Source: Candidatus Hydrogenedens sp.
GTDB taxonomy: Bacteria > Hydrogenedentota > Hydrogenedentia > Hydrogenedentales > Hydrogenedentaceae
NCBI GenBank assembly: GCA_049968235.1
Contig: JBMFRC010000008.1
Location: 79,157-143,156, forward strand
DNA: 64,000 bases
Reading direction: 5' to 3'
A program made the position numbers and the translations under genes. Of the stretch, positions 41,937 through 53,120 are shown in pieces (position 1 is the stretch's first letter; each line of letters starts with the position of its first letter). The notes beneath the pieces are model-generated. The model saw only the letters and a list, made by a program, of their open reading frames with translations, was not told the origin of the DNA and made no database searches.

Positions 41937-43397
41937 ATGGTTCCTATAATTCTTTCCACAATAACAGCCCGATATTCTCATTCTGCCTTTGGTTTGCGTT
42001 ATTTGCATGCAAATCTTGGCAAATGGAAAGAACAATCGCAAATAAAAGAATTCCACCTAAAACAATCCCCCTTATTCATTGCCGAAAGCATTTTGCAGGA
42101 TAAACCTAAAATTGTTGGAATAGGTGTTTATATATGGAATGTGCGTGAGATAACAGAGGTGGTTCAGATAATAAAAAAAGTATCTCCTCAAACTACTATT
42201 ATAATTGGTGGACCGGAGGTAAGTTATGAATATGAGGATATGACCATATTTAAAGAAGCCGATTATTTAATATGTGGTGAAGCGGAACATATTTTTCCTC
42301 AATTAGTTAAAATAATTATGTCGGGTCAATTACCCCCCCGAAAAGTATGGGAAGGAACCATTACGGATGTGAATTCTTTATTCCTACCCTATGAGGAATA
42401 CACATATGAAGATATAGCACACCGAATTATTTATGTGGAGAGTTCTCGAGGTTGTCCTTTCCATTGTGAGTTTTGTTTATCAGCAATAAAACCCGGTGTC
42501 CGCTTCTTTGATAGGGTCCAGTTTTTGAACGAAATGGAAAAACTAATACAGCGGGGAGCAAAAAATTTTACTTTTGTTGACCGAACTTTTAATATTCGGG
42601 AAGAACACGCTTTAGAAATTCTTCGATTTTTTTTGAAACATATCAAAGAAGGTATGCGGATTCATTTTGAGATTGTTCCTGATAAATTAAGTGAAAAGAT
42701 ATTGACAGAATTCACAAAGTTTCCAAAAGGAATTTTACATCTGGAAGTAGGTTTGCAGACCGTAAATTTGAAAACACAGGAGTTGATTTCACGACGGCAA
42801 GATTTATCAAAAACTTTTGAAGTTTTACGCTTCTTGAAAGAAAAAACGGGAGCAAAGATACACGCAGACCTTGTTGCAGGTATGCCTGCAGAAACATGGG
42901 ATAGTTTTCGCAAAGGGTTTAACTATCTTATCGAACTGGCTCCTCAGGAAATTCAATTAGGGATATTAAAACGACTACGCGGTGCTCATATTTCAAGACA
43001 TATTAAAGAATATCAAATGGCTTTTGCCCCTTTCCCTCCTTATGAAATATTACAGACAAGCACTCTATCTTTTGAAAAACTACAGAAATTAAAAAGAATG
43101 GCTCGCTATCTCGAACTCTATTATAACCAAGGGAATTTTCCAAACTCCTTAAAATTCTTATGGGAAACAGGGACTACCCCTTTTGATGCCTTTTCTGATT
43201 TCAGTGATTATATTTGGACAAAGACTGGAAAAACACATGAATTGTCTCTTTCCACTCTTGCTCATTTGTTGTTCTCTTATCTCCTTGCTATAAATAAGTT
43301 TCCACCCGATATTATTGAAAAAGCCATCCGTGAAGATTACAACCAAAAGCCAGGAAGAACTGAGAAACTAAATATATCAAAAAAAATCCCCAAATAA
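41937..43397 (+). CDS. B12-binding-domain radical SAM protein
   Basis: An N-terminal B12-binding-like Rossmann domain, then SSRGCPFHCEFC (Cx3Cx2C). Confidence 0.8.
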   Translation: MVPIILSTITARYSHSAFGLRYLHANLGKWKEQSQIKEFHLKQSPLFIAESILQDKPKIVGIGVYIWNVREITEVVQIIKKVSPQTTIIIGGPEVSYEYEDMTIFKEADYLICGEAEHIFPQLVKIIMSGQLPPRKVWEGTITDVNSLFLPYEEYTYEDIAHRIIYVESSRGCPFHCEFCLSAIKPGVRFFDRVQFLNEMEKLIQRGAKNFTFVDRTFNIREEHALEILRFFLKHIKEGMRIHFEIVPDKLSEKILTEFTKFPKGILHLEVGLQTVNLKTQELISRRQDLSKTFEVLRFLKEKTGAKIHADLVAGMPAETWDSFRKGFNYLIELAPQEIQLGILKRLRGAHISRHIKEYQMAFAPFPPYEILQTSTLSFEKLQKLKRMARYLELYYNQGNFPNSLKFLWETGTTPFDAFSDFSDYIWTKTGKTHELSLSTLAHLLFSYLLAINKFPPDIIEKAIREDYNQKPGRTEKLNISKKIPK

Positions 43398-43490
43398 AAT
43401 ACATATTTCTCTATCGATAATAATGTAGAAAAAGAATTCATTTTAAATGTAAAATAACACTGAAAAATATAACGAATAAAGGAGAAATAT

Positions 43491-43994
43491 ATGACAGTTC
43501 CAGAAAGGAAACCCACAGTAAGTGTCATTATGGGAAGTGCATCGGATTGGGATGTTATGTCAGGTGCAACAAAAATATTGAAGGATTTTGGCATTCCCCA
43601 TGAAGCCCGTGTTTTATCCGCACATCGCACCCCCGATATGTTAAGGGAATATGTAAAATTTGCGGAGGAACGCGGTGTAGAAATATTCATTGCAGGTGCT
43701 GGCATGGCTGCCGCTTTACCGGGTGTGGTTGCCTCCTGCACGATATTACCTGTATTAGGGGTTCCGATTCCTTCAGGTGCATTAAACGGATTAGATGCCC
43801 TCTACTCCATCGTGCAGATGCCCCCCGGTATCCCAGTAGGTTGCTTTGCAGTAGGAAAAGCCGGTGCTACCAATGCAGGGCTAATGGCGGTAGCCATCCT
43901 CTCTCAAAAATATCTGGAACTGAAAGAAAAATTAATAGAATATCGCGAAAAGCAGGCAAAGAAGATTTTAGAAACAAATCTTCCTGAGGAGTAA
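43491..43994 (+). CDS. purE: N5-carboxyaminoimidazole ribonucleotide mutase
   Basis: VSVIMGSASDW…SAHRTPD…AGAGMAAALPGVVA. RBS AAAGGAG upstream. Confidence 0.9.
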   Translation: MTVPERKPTVSVIMGSASDWDVMSGATKILKDFGIPHEARVLSAHRTPDMLREYVKFAEERGVEIFIAGAGMAAALPGVVASCTILPVLGVPIPSGALNGLDALYSIVQMPPGIPVGCFAVGKAGATNAGLMAVAILSQKYLELKEKLIEYREKQAKKILETNLPEE

Positions 43995-44020
43995 TTTTTC
44001 TACAAAATAGGAATCGTTTT

Positions 44021-44785
44021 TTGTTATCCACTGTGTTTGTCTTCTGTGCTTTCTTAATTGCAAGTTTTGTGCATGCAACAACAGGTTTTGGTTCTGCTTT
44101 AGTAGGTATGCCTATACTTGTTTTTGCAATTGGATTACAAATCTCCGCTCCCCTTTTGGCATTGTTAGGGCAGATTGTTAATTTAGGTGTGCTCTGGCAG
44201 AACTGGAAGAACCTTGACTGGAAACATGCTCTTCTATTGATTATCCCTTCTATTTTTGGCGTCCCTATTGGTTTACTATTTCTTAAAGGGGGAAACGAAG
44301 CCCTCTTAAATGCCGTGTTAGGAATAATTCTCATAACTTACGGTATCTATTCTTTCTTTTATGATGAAAAAAACGATAGCAGTAAAGGAATGTCAAATAT
44401 ACATTTCCCACATTTTTTTTGGGGAACAATTGCCGGTTTTTGTGCAGGTATATTAGGTGGAGCATACAATGCCAATGGTCCGCCAGTAATTATTTATGCA
44501 AGTATTACTCACAGAGATAAAGGCTCTTTCCGTTCTATATTACAGGCATTTTTCTTTATAAACGGTTTTATTATCATTGCAGGACATGCCTTTGCAGGTC
44601 TGATAACAAAAGAAGTTCTATATTATTCTTTATGGGGCTTACCCGGTCTTATTTTAGGGATGTGTCTGGGTTTCTATGTAGACCGTTTTATTACACCTCA
44701 GAGATTTCGGAAAATCATCATTGCGGGAATAGTTGTTTTGGGAGCAGGATTACTTATCCCCGTTTTTTATCCCTTGCTGTTCTAA
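44021..44785 (+). CDS. TauE/SafE-family sulfite/anion exporter-like membrane protein
   Basis: The ATTGFGSALVGMPIL motif and eight predicted TM helices. Confidence 0.7.
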   Translation: MLSTVFVFCAFLIASFVHATTGFGSALVGMPILVFAIGLQISAPLLALLGQIVNLGVLWQNWKNLDWKHALLLIIPSIFGVPIGLLFLKGGNEALLNAVLGIILITYGIYSFFYDEKNDSSKGMSNIHFPHFFWGTIAGFCAGILGGAYNANGPPVIIYASITHRDKGSFRSILQAFFFINGFIIIAGHAFAGLITKEVLYYSLWGLPGLILGMCLGFYVDRFITPQRFRKIIIAGIVVLGAGLLIPVFYPLLF

Positions 44786-45099
44786 TCCATATGAAATACT
44801 TCGGGGATGGGTATAAAACGAGGCTTACTCCCCTCCGTTTCCATCAGTAGATTTGTTTTTGCCCACCATTCTTTCATTATAGGTTCTTGAGCAATGCGTA
44901 TAAAACAACCCTCCGGGTCTTCTGATTCAAAATAAGCAAACAAATCCAATCCATGACGATATATAGAATAGTTCCGAAATCCGGCTCTTTGATGTGCCTC
45001 CAGTACCTCCTTGCCTATATTTTTATGTAATTGTTCATATTCTTCTAAAACACTTGCATCTTTAAGTCTCATCATAAATGCATATCGAAACATACTCAT
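44782..45099 (-). CDS. rhaM: L-rhamnose mutarotase
   Basis: 105 aa. FRYAFMMRLKD…YSIYRHG…WWAK…EVFHMD aligns with E. coli RhaM (IRKAFVMQV…YAIYLDK…WWKY…EVFYLP). Confidence 0.8.
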   Translation of the reverse strand: MSMFRYAFMMRLKDASVLEEYEQLHKNIGKEVLEAHQRAGFRNYSIYRHGLDLFAYFESEDPEGCFIRIAQEPIMKEWWAKTNLLMETEGSKPRFIPIPEVFHMD

Positions 45100-45187
45100 C
45101 TCCTTCGTTTTACTTTTTTTATATCTTATAAATTTGTATAATTTTATCTGTTCTTTAACTTTAATGTAAACAGAAAAGGTTTGAATA

Positions 45188-46750
45188 ATGTCTATCCTAT
45201 TGATACTTTTATTATTAACTACTGCTTTTTCACAAACAGAAAAAGAAACTCTTATACAAAATGCCTATCTTAATGGACAAGCCCTTCTTTTCTGTAGAAA
45301 TGTTCTCAATGGATGGATGCAATTTGCGGACCCGGATATAGATTTATTCCCGCGAAATTTGAAAGGAGATACTTATTGGAATGCAAAAGATTGTTCTGCT
45401 GATAACTATCCGTTTCTCACTTTAACTGCTTATTTCACAGACCGTTATATATTTGACACACGAATGAAAAATATTCTTAAAAATGAACAAAAATTTTGCA
45501 ACCGTATGGGCTGTCTTCCCGATGATTTTGACCTTATAAAAAAGGATTTCAGACAACCTGAAATGAAACTATCCGAAATTATTTTTGGTGCATCGGAATA
45601 TATTAAGGATGGGCTTTTACCCTTAACAGAATATCTCGGACCAACGGAATGGTCTGAACGAATGATAGGGCTTATGGATGATATTTGGAAAAATGCAAAA
45701 ATAGAAACAGAAGTAGGGTTACTTCCAGATGTTTCCCATGAAGTCGGGGGAGATTTGTTACAAGGGTTATGTCGAATATATTGGTTAACAGGGGATGATA
45801 AATATAAAGAATGGGCATTTAAATTGGGGGATTATTTCCTCCTGTATCATCTGCCAACAGATAGCGAATATTTCCAACTGGATGACCATGGTTGTGAGGT
45901 TTTTGGGGGACTTTCTGAGGCATATCTGCTGTCCGCATATAAAGCCCCTGATAAAAGGGAACAATGGAAAGAACCCATGCATCGGATGATTCAGAAAATA
46001 TTGAAAACAGGAAGGAACAAAGAGGGGCTATTTTTTGAGGCAATCAATCCGAAAGAGGAGAAAGTAATTCGGGATACCCTGACGGATAATTGGGGCTATA
46101 ACTATAATGCTATTGCTACTGTGGGGATTCTGGATAATCAGAAAGAGTATGTACAGGAAGTGCAAAATACTCTGGATAAGTTATGGGATTCACGGGATTA
46201 TCCGTGGGAGAATGACGGGGCGGATGGATTGGCAGATTCGCTGGAAGGTTGCCTCAATTTAATAAATCGATTTCCATCTGTAAATGCGGAACGATGGGCT
46301 GATTATACCGCACAGCGTCTTTTAAAGAAACAAAGACCCTCTGGAATTGTGGAAGGTTGGCATGGAGATGGAAATACGACAAGAACTATGTTAATGTATG
46401 CTTTCTGGAAATCGCAAGGATGCTATGTTCTCCCATGGAACGCAGAAGTATTTGTCGGTTCCACAAAGAATGAAACAAATAAACTACAAATTATAGTAAA
46501 ATCGAATTGGAAATGGAATGGGAAACTAATGTTTGATATACCAAGATATAGAGATTATTTCCATTTCCCTATAGATTATCCACGATTAAATCAATTCCCA
46601 GAATGGTTCACAGTTGATAAGGACAAAGAATACCTCGTTTATATGGAAGAAAAAGATGAAATAAAGATGAAAGGGGAAGAATTGCAAAAAGGATTACCCC
46701 TCGTTCTTGCACCTAATTCTTCCATTCATATTTCAATATCCATTTTATAA
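45188..46750 (+). CDS. secreted hypothetical protein, possibly an (alpha/alpha)6 glycoside hydrolase
   Basis: Signal peptide. No confident family assignment. Confidence 0.35.
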   Translation: MSILLILLLLTTAFSQTEKETLIQNAYLNGQALLFCRNVLNGWMQFADPDIDLFPRNLKGDTYWNAKDCSADNYPFLTLTAYFTDRYIFDTRMKNILKNEQKFCNRMGCLPDDFDLIKKDFRQPEMKLSEIIFGASEYIKDGLLPLTEYLGPTEWSERMIGLMDDIWKNAKIETEVGLLPDVSHEVGGDLLQGLCRIYWLTGDDKYKEWAFKLGDYFLLYHLPTDSEYFQLDDHGCEVFGGLSEAYLLSAYKAPDKREQWKEPMHRMIQKILKTGRNKEGLFFEAINPKEEKVIRDTLTDNWGYNYNAIATVGILDNQKEYVQEVQNTLDKLWDSRDYPWENDGADGLADSLEGCLNLINRFPSVNAERWADYTAQRLLKKQRPSGIVEGWHGDGNTTRTMLMYAFWKSQGCYVLPWNAEVFVGSTKNETNKLQIIVKSNWKWNGKLMFDIPRYRDYFHFPIDYPRLNQFPEWFTVDKDKEYLVYMEEKDEIKMKGEELQKGLPLVLAPNSSIHISISIL

Positions 46751-47545
46751 AATGGCACCCTCCAAATTATTGGATTTCATTTTACGAGCAATATGAACAA
46801 TCAGCACCAATATTAAAAATGCAATAATAATCCCTATACCTTTATATCCGACCTTTGATACGATAGACCAAATGGCACCAAAAGCAGACAAAGCAAAAGA
46901 AATACAAAGTAATATATTCCACAACCACCATTTGGCTCCCCGAGGCAAATCTTCCTTTAATAATTTTTCCTGATTTAACAATAGCCAGAAAGATAGATAT
47001 GCCAGAGGCAATAAGGTCATACAGAATACAGATGTTGGAATAGCAAGCCACATCTGGGCATCTTTCCAGAATAAAACACCAATAAGGCTCAGTGATACCA
47101 TTAACCCTCCGAAGAATTGTGTCCAGCCTCGTAATGGTCGGTTTAAAAGTTCACAAAAACATAGACTATTGATAAGCATTAACATTGTGGATGCTCCCAA
47201 ACCCATTCCCAATACACCGATACCAAAGATATATTGGGCTATTTTAGAACCGGTTAAAGGTTTAAGTGCATCAGAAAGATTAAATGCATCACGACGAACC
47301 ATCATTGCAGACAATTTTCGGTCGGATTCCGGTAAGTTTCTAACTCTTTCTTCTTTTTCCTCATTGGATAAACTATTCCATACCTGTTCACCTATTTCGT
47401 AGATAACTCTTCCCTCCATAAGTTTTTGAAAACTTCCTATTAAATTGGGGGCAGGTTGAATGATATTACCCTTTTCATCTCGTTCACCCAGGAAACCCGG
47501 TGCAGGTTTAGCATGGAACGTGCCGCAGAAGCAATTACTACGCAA
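46745..47545 (-). CDS. polytopic membrane protein; possible C-terminal half of a split NRAMP/APC-fold transporter
   Basis: Five predicted TM helices after a hydrophilic start. It overlaps the upstream ORF by 106 nt in a different frame. Confidence 0.35.
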   Translation of the reverse strand: MRSNCFCGTFHAKPAPGFLGERDEKGNIIQPAPNLIGSFQKLMEGRVIYEIGEQVWNSLSNEEKEERVRNLPESDRKLSAMMVRRDAFNLSDALKPLTGSKIAQYIFGIGVLGMGLGASTMLMLINSLCFCELLNRPLRGWTQFFGGLMVSLSLIGVLFWKDAQMWLAIPTSVFCMTLLPLAYLSFWLLLNQEKLLKEDLPRGAKWWLWNILLCISFALSAFGAIWSIVSKVGYKGIGIIIAFLILVLIVHIARKMKSNNLEGAIL

Positions 47546-48501
47546 CTTGTAGCAAGGATAAATGGAAAAAATAGTCCTGTAGACAGGTCAAATATCGCTA
47601 ATCCACGAAATTCACGGTCCCAACCTTTTCGTAACATAGAATAAGGTAACATAAAAGTCATGTTTATACCCACTGCTGTTGCAGCAGCACTTATCATTAC
47701 ATCGCGTTGTTGAGAGACGATTAGATTTGTCCAGTAAGAACGAAATTTTTCAGGAACCTGTTCAATATAAGGTATCAAGTCTTTAGAGGGATGAAATAGT
47801 AATGAAAAATCCGGAATAAATCCTGCTAAATATTTTTGCCAATGAACCTGTCCTGTTACAGTTAATACGACAACAACACCGAAAAAGCATATAACAACAG
47901 AGCCTACCATTGTTTTGATAATTATTTCGAATATTTTTACACCTTTTCCTCCTACGGTATACATGGTAAGGAATGTTAGATTAATTCCTAACACAATGAG
48001 CCCTGCCATAACCTTACCTGTAAAAGGTTCTACCGTTGGAGGACCAAAAACTTGAGGAAGTAAATTCTGTTGAAAGGAGGCGATGGCAATAGAATATTGA
48101 GGCATAGACCAAACCATGTTTGCCAACATGGAAGCGAACAACCAACTCCAGCCTAATACAGGGCTTACAAACTCATTGATTGTTCGTACCGGTCTTCGTC
48201 CTGTGGATAGTGTTACATACGCAATAGCACTTAACATAATTATTCCAGCAATCATTGCCAGAGGTTGTAACCATAAAAGTCCAAAACCAACTAGTACACC
48301 TAAATACATACTGGATGATAAGGACCCACCTCCTAATGTTATTGCACTCTGAAGCCAACCCGGACCCGAAAGACGGACAAATGTTTTAAATAACTTCCCT
48401 TTCCCTCCTTTGCGGGACTGTATTATCATTTCCCGTTCTCTCTGTATATGGGGTGCGATAGATTTCATTTGCTCTAATACAGGGTCTTTGTATTCCGACA
48501 T
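47440..48501 (-). CDS. NRAMP-like membrane protein (N-terminal TM1-7 region)
   Basis: …GPGWLQSAITLGGG… resembles the NRAMP GPGFL…DPGN region, with DPGN replaced. Seven predicted TM helices. Confidence 0.4.
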   Translation of the reverse strand: MSEYKDPVLEQMKSIAPHIQREREMIIQSRKGGKGKLFKTFVRLSGPGWLQSAITLGGGSLSSSMYLGVLVGFGLLWLQPLAMIAGIIMLSAIAYVTLSTGRRPVRTINEFVSPVLGWSWLFASMLANMVWSMPQYSIAIASFQQNLLPQVFGPPTVEPFTGKVMAGLIVLGINLTFLTMYTVGGKGVKIFEIIIKTMVGSVVICFFGVVVVLTVTGQVHWQKYLAGFIPDFSLLFHPSKDLIPYIEQVPEKFRSYWTNLIVSQQRDVMISAAATAVGINMTFMLPYSMLRKGWDREFRGLAIFDLSTGLFFPFILATSCVVIASAARSMLNLHRVSWVNEMKRVISFNLPPI

Positions 48502-48581
48502 AATATTTCCTTTTCTTTAAAATAAAGGGAATATCTTTTTTAAGGGTGTTCCCTGCATGGTAATTATTAAATTGTATATAA

Positions 48582-49898
48582 TCATCTTATATAATCATTG
48601 AGTATATTTTCCAATAATTCCTGACGACCACTTTGTAGTTTTGGTTCACCATGTTCTTCAGCATATTTTGCTAACTCGATGAAAGATACTTTTTTACTTT
48701 CAATTTTCTTACCTAAATCCTTGTTCCAGCCTGCGTACCGCTGTGCAATGGCGTTTTCGAATACCTTGTCCTTGAGGAGTTTTTCTGCTATTTTAAGCCC
48801 CCGAGCAAAAGCATCCATTGCACCAATATGCGCATAGAATAGGTCTATGGCTTCTATGGATTGACGGCGAACATGAGCATCGAAATTCAAACCACCTGTA
48901 GTAAACCCCCCTGCTTTCAAAATAATATACATTGCCAGAGTTGTATCATATAAGTCTGTTGGGAATTGGTCTGTATCCCAGCCTAATAATAAATCCCCAC
49001 GATTGGCGTCAACGGAACCTAACAAGCCATTTATTGCGGCAAATGCCAATTCATGGTGGAAAGTATGTCCTGCCAGCGTAGCGTGATTGGCTTCAATGTT
49101 CAATTTAAAATGTTCAACGAGTTTGTAATGCTGGAGAAATGCATAACAACTGGCAGAATCAAAATCATATTGATGTTTTGTCGGCTCTTTGGGTTTCGGT
49201 TCGATATAGAATTGTCCTTTAAATCCAATTCTCTTTTTATAATCTACAGCCATTTGTAAAAATAGAGCCAAATGGTCCAATTCACGCTTCATATCTGTAT
49301 TAAGAAGTGTATCATATCCCTCACGTCCACCCCAGAATACATAACCTGCACCATCTAATTCATGGGTTATTTCAAGAGCCTTTTTAACCTTTGCAGAGGC
49401 AAATGCAAATACTTCCGGAGAAGGATTTGTTCCGGCTCCTGCCATAAACCGGGGATGCGAGAAAAGGTTACAGGTGCCCCATAAGAGTTTTACACCCGTA
49501 TTCTTCTGGTATTTCTTTGCAAGTTTAACAATATGGTCTAACCGTTTATTGGTTTCGGATAGTGTATCTGCTTCGGGAGCAATGTCTGTGTCGTGAAAAC
49601 ACCAAAAACCAACACCTAATTTTTGATAAAATTCAAATGCCGCTTCAAGTGTCTGCTCCGCAATTTTCATTTCATCATTCCCACTGCGGAAATTACGAAA
49701 GAGGGTCTGAGAACCGAACATATCGGCTCCTGTTCCACGGAAAGTATGCCAGTAACATACTGCAAAACGGAGATGTTGTGCCATTGTTTTGCCCAGTACC
49801 TTTTCTTTGGGATTATAATACTTAAACGCAAGTGGATTTTTAGAATCGGGACCTTCATAAGCAATGGGTTTCTTTACTTCAGGGAAATATTCAGACAT
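48582..49898 (-). CDS. xylA: xylose isomerase
   Basis: [30 protein letters not shown]…[12 protein letters not shown]… matches the XylA N-terminus. WGGREG and the FHD motif are present. Confidence 0.9.
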   Translation of the reverse strand: MSEYFPEVKKPIAYEGPDSKNPLAFKYYNPKEKVLGKTMAQHLRFAVCYWHTFRGTGADMFGSQTLFRNFRSGNDEMKIAEQTLEAAFEFYQKLGVGFWCFHDTDIAPEADTLSETNKRLDHIVKLAKKYQKNTGVKLLWGTCNLFSHPRFMAGAGTNPSPEVFAFASAKVKKALEITHELDGAGYVFWGGREGYDTLLNTDMKRELDHLALFLQMAVDYKKRIGFKGQFYIEPKPKEPTKHQYDFDSASCYAFLQHYKLVEHFKLNIEANHATLAGHTFHHELAFAAINGLLGSVDANRGDLLLGWDTDQFPTDLYDTTLAMYIILKAGGFTTGGLNFDAHVRRQSIEAIDLFYAHIGAMDAFARGLKIAEKLLKDKVFENAIAQRYAGWNKDLGKKIESKKVSFIELAKYAEEHGEPKLQSGRQELLENILNDYIR

Positions 49899-49999
49899 AA
49901 CTAAAACCTCCTTTGATGGTTATTTTTAAGTCTATACATTATACTTACTCACTATTTTTAATTACATCTTTGTTTACAGATATTCTTTTTATAGAAGTA

Positions 50000-51787
50000 T
50001 TAATGTGGTGCATTCAGGATAAGAACCGTGCGTGGGAAATCATCACTACCCGAACCAGTATCGGGCATAAATTCTAACCAATGTCTTATCGGTTTTTCTC
50101 CGCTGGTATCAAGGTCATTCGCAATAAGCGAAAAAGTCGTTTTACTGCCTGCTTGTAGTTGGATAGGCGTTAGTTCTGAAGGAGGGAAGTGCACCTCATA
50201 AAAGGTATAGGGGGCTTCCCGTATTACTGCAAGATGAACAATATTATTAACGGTTTCTTCCTCACGACCGGGACCTACATAAAGAAAAACTTCGGGACCT
50301 TTGGCTGTTAATGTCAAACTCCATTCCCATTCTCCTAAAAACAGTTCCAGATTATCAGCACACCAGACAATATCACCTGCAAACGGCTGATAAAATTCAT
50401 TATCATAAACTCGAACTGCCATATAAATACCTTCTTCATTCCAGGCACATTGCCAGGACGCTTGCATGTCTTGTGTATTTTGTTCAGGGTCAAAACGGAT
50501 TGGATATAACAACGGATATTCGGGAATATTTACCCATTCCACCAGGTCCCCATCTATAGAAGGCTTATTCTGGATATAAGGAACAGAAATCAAAGGATAA
50601 ATAGGAAATTGAAAATCAAATGAGAGTGTGGAATTATTCTGGTTTACCGAAATTTTTGCTTTGGGAACAGGGTATAATTTTGGAAAACCCGTTTCCTTAT
50701 TTATCTTGATTATAGGTGAAATAGCCTGTTTACCAGCAAGTTGAAATTCATTGCAAGGGAAATATAGATTCCAGGAGGGAGGAATGTCCCAAAATACTTT
50801 TACTACTGCGGATTCGTCCGTTGGATTGTTTATTTGCATTGGAATTTCAATCTGAATAGGACTACCCCAGCCCCACTCAATAGGAGATATCTGGATGGAG
50901 GATTTCCATAAATTACGAAGGTCTATTTTTTCTTTTGAGACAATGTCCGCCGGTTCAATATTTCCCGGTTTAATAACCGACCAGGAAACATTATCTCCAT
51001 TTACATGAACCCATAGATAATGATGAAAACCACCTTCTTCAGGGTCTATACGAATTGGACCTCCACCCCCTCCGGAAATTACATATTGGATATTTCCCCG
51101 TTTGCCCACATTCAGATAGCGATGGTCATGTCCCGCAAATACAAATACACTCGGAAAGGGTTGTAACAGGGATTCAACCACAGACCACCCCGGATGCTTT
51201 GGGTCTACAAAATAAGGTTTATGAAAGAAGAGAAAAAGGTGCTTTTCCTTTACTTTTGCAAGTTCCTTCTTAAGCCATTCTATCTGAATCTCGGAAAAAC
51301 GGTCTACCTGTCCAGGTTCTTCTGTGTCTAAAAATATGAAGCGAGCATTTCCATACGAAAAAGCATAACATACAGGACCTATTCTTTCCTTATATATCTC
51401 TTCGGAATCTTTATCGGATATATCATGATTGCCAGGTGCCGGGAAAAAAGGGAGTTGCAGTTTAGCAATAATATTTTCAAATTCTGTCCACTGCGAATCC
51501 AATCCTTCAACCGCACCTCCTAAAATTAAATCGCCCAGACTTACAACAAACGGGGGGTGTAATATGTTCCATTCCTCTATCATTCGGAAAAAGAGTGGTG
51601 AAAACTCGTGAGGTTCTCCGGGCTGTGTATCTCCAACAACAATAAAATTAAATTGTTCGGGGCATGATGGGGAATTTCCTCGAAGGGATTCAAAAGATTT
51701 TTCAACAATATTCTCTGTATATCCAATAATAGAGAGAAAGAAAAATACGGGAAGAAAAAAAATGCCCAGGATTAATCTACTTAACAT
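50000..51787 (-). CDS. secreted calcineurin-like metallophosphoesterase with C-terminal beta-rich domains
   Basis: Signal peptide. VVGDTQPG, GDLI, GNHD, FFHKP, GHDHRY. Confidence 0.65.
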   Translation of the reverse strand: MLSRLILGIFFLPVFFFLSIIGYTENIVEKSFESLRGNSPSCPEQFNFIVVGDTQPGEPHEFSPLFFRMIEEWNILHPPFVVSLGDLILGGAVEGLDSQWTEFENIIAKLQLPFFPAPGNHDISDKDSEEIYKERIGPVCYAFSYGNARFIFLDTEEPGQVDRFSEIQIEWLKKELAKVKEKHLFLFFHKPYFVDPKHPGWSVVESLLQPFPSVFVFAGHDHRYLNVGKRGNIQYVISGGGGGPIRIDPEEGGFHHYLWVHVNGDNVSWSVIKPGNIEPADIVSKEKIDLRNLWKSSIQISPIEWGWGSPIQIEIPMQINNPTDESAVVKVFWDIPPSWNLYFPCNEFQLAGKQAISPIIKINKETGFPKLYPVPKAKISVNQNNSTLSFDFQFPIYPLISVPYIQNKPSIDGDLVEWVNIPEYPLLYPIRFDPEQNTQDMQASWQCAWNEEGIYMAVRVYDNEFYQPFAGDIVWCADNLELFLGEWEWSLTLTAKGPEVFLYVGPGREEETVNNIVHLAVIREAPYTFYEVHFPPSELTPIQLQAGSKTTFSLIANDLDTSGEKPIRHWLEFMPDTGSGSDDFPRTVLILNAPH

Positions 51788-51933
51788 TTTTTACTCCTTA
51801 CTGTTTGATAATATAAAATTCGTTACTATTTTATAACGAAAAAACTATTAAGGGAAAATTTTATAGTAGATAAATTGTTGTTTTCGCTAACTTACAGAAA
51901 GACTATAAAAAATATATAAGTGCATTAATAAAT

Positions 51934-52983
51934 TTATTGTTTAGAGATAGTCTGCCACACTGTATAAGCTAGTTTTTCAGTTCCATCTGTTTTAATCAAT
52001 CCTATTGTATCATTTTCATTTAAATCGTGAAGCCATGGCCAACCCAGCAAATACAAATTTATTCCTCTATCTTTCGTAAGCCTGTTAACTAATTGAGTAA
52101 TAAATTCTGCTTGTGCTTGTTCACCCCCAAATTCTTTGAGTGAGGTCCATGCAACCTCTGAGAAACCAAATGCTTTCCCGTGCATGTATTCTAAAGCCCT
52201 AAAATAATAATCATCGGGAATTAATGATGGATTTGTAATTCCAAGGGAATAAGGATAACTTGTAAAAACAAGTAAATCCATTTTATCGGGATTGAATAAC
52301 CGAAGTATTTCCAAATCTGCTTCCCTATTCTCCGAAACAATTTCCCGAGCAAAAACACAGAATAGTTTGATCTCTGGAGAAAGTTTTTTTGCATCATCAT
52401 AAATTTCTTCATAGAGGCTTATAAAATAATGGAAGCCATTGGGACCTTCCAGTCCATATTTTTCATACCATCTATTTACTTCATTGCCAACAGAAAGATA
52501 TAATGGTCGAACGGTTTTTATCACATCTAAAACCGCCTTTTTGTATTCGCTCCTCCATGTTACATCGCTTAAACTCGCATTCTCTATTCCAGGTGGAATT
52601 ACAAGAGTTAACCCGCTTCCGAAGAAGGATAGATGAATAATGGGAAACATACCTTTGTTACGAACTAAATCCTGTACAAAAACCTGACCCCATTCTCCTT
52701 TTAAGTCATTTGCAAGGTTATAAAAAGTAGAAGGTTTTCCCCACACAGGAACAAATTCTGAATAGTGGCTTGCTTGTAAATACGCATCTTCAAAAGATTG
52801 CCCCCGGGCGGGAATGGGTAATAATCCCATAAAGAAACCTCGTATAGGAAGTTGATGCATATCTAATGGGACTATTTCGGGCTCATCAGAAATTGGTTTC
52901 TTACAGCCCGTAGGTAAGAAAAATATACAGAAAATTATAATACCGATGAAAATAACTTGTTTCCGTATATTTACTCTGTACAT
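51934..52983 (-). CDS. lipoprotein, clan GH-A TIM-barrel glycoside-hydrolase-like
   Basis: Lipobox LPTGC. VGNEVNRW looks like the NEP acid/base motif. GFSEVAW looks like the nucleophile Glu motif. Confidence 0.45.
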   Translation of the reverse strand: MYRVNIRKQVIFIGIIIFCIFFLPTGCKKPISDEPEIVPLDMHQLPIRGFFMGLLPIPARGQSFEDAYLQASHYSEFVPVWGKPSTFYNLANDLKGEWGQVFVQDLVRNKGMFPIIHLSFFGSGLTLVIPPGIENASLSDVTWRSEYKKAVLDVIKTVRPLYLSVGNEVNRWYEKYGLEGPNGFHYFISLYEEIYDDAKKLSPEIKLFCVFAREIVSENREADLEILRLFNPDKMDLLVFTSYPYSLGITNPSLIPDDYYFRALEYMHGKAFGFSEVAWTSLKEFGGEQAQAEFITQLVNRLTKDRGINLYLLGWPWLHDLNENDTIGLIKTDGTEKLAYTVWQTISKQ

Positions 52984-53120
52984 CTATTTTATCTCAAAAT
53001 ACTTTATATAACATATTATATGATACACAAATATAGTGATTTATTTAATAAGAAACCATAAAACAAATAGAGGAGTAGTCCGGAAACTACTCCTCTATAT
53101 TTATTGAAATGATATAGGGT

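Noticed and set aside
43398-43490. Purine riboswitch upstream of purE
   Set aside because: The leader is only about 90 nt. It lacks the conserved purine-riboswitch junction sequences and has no convincing three-way-junction pairing.
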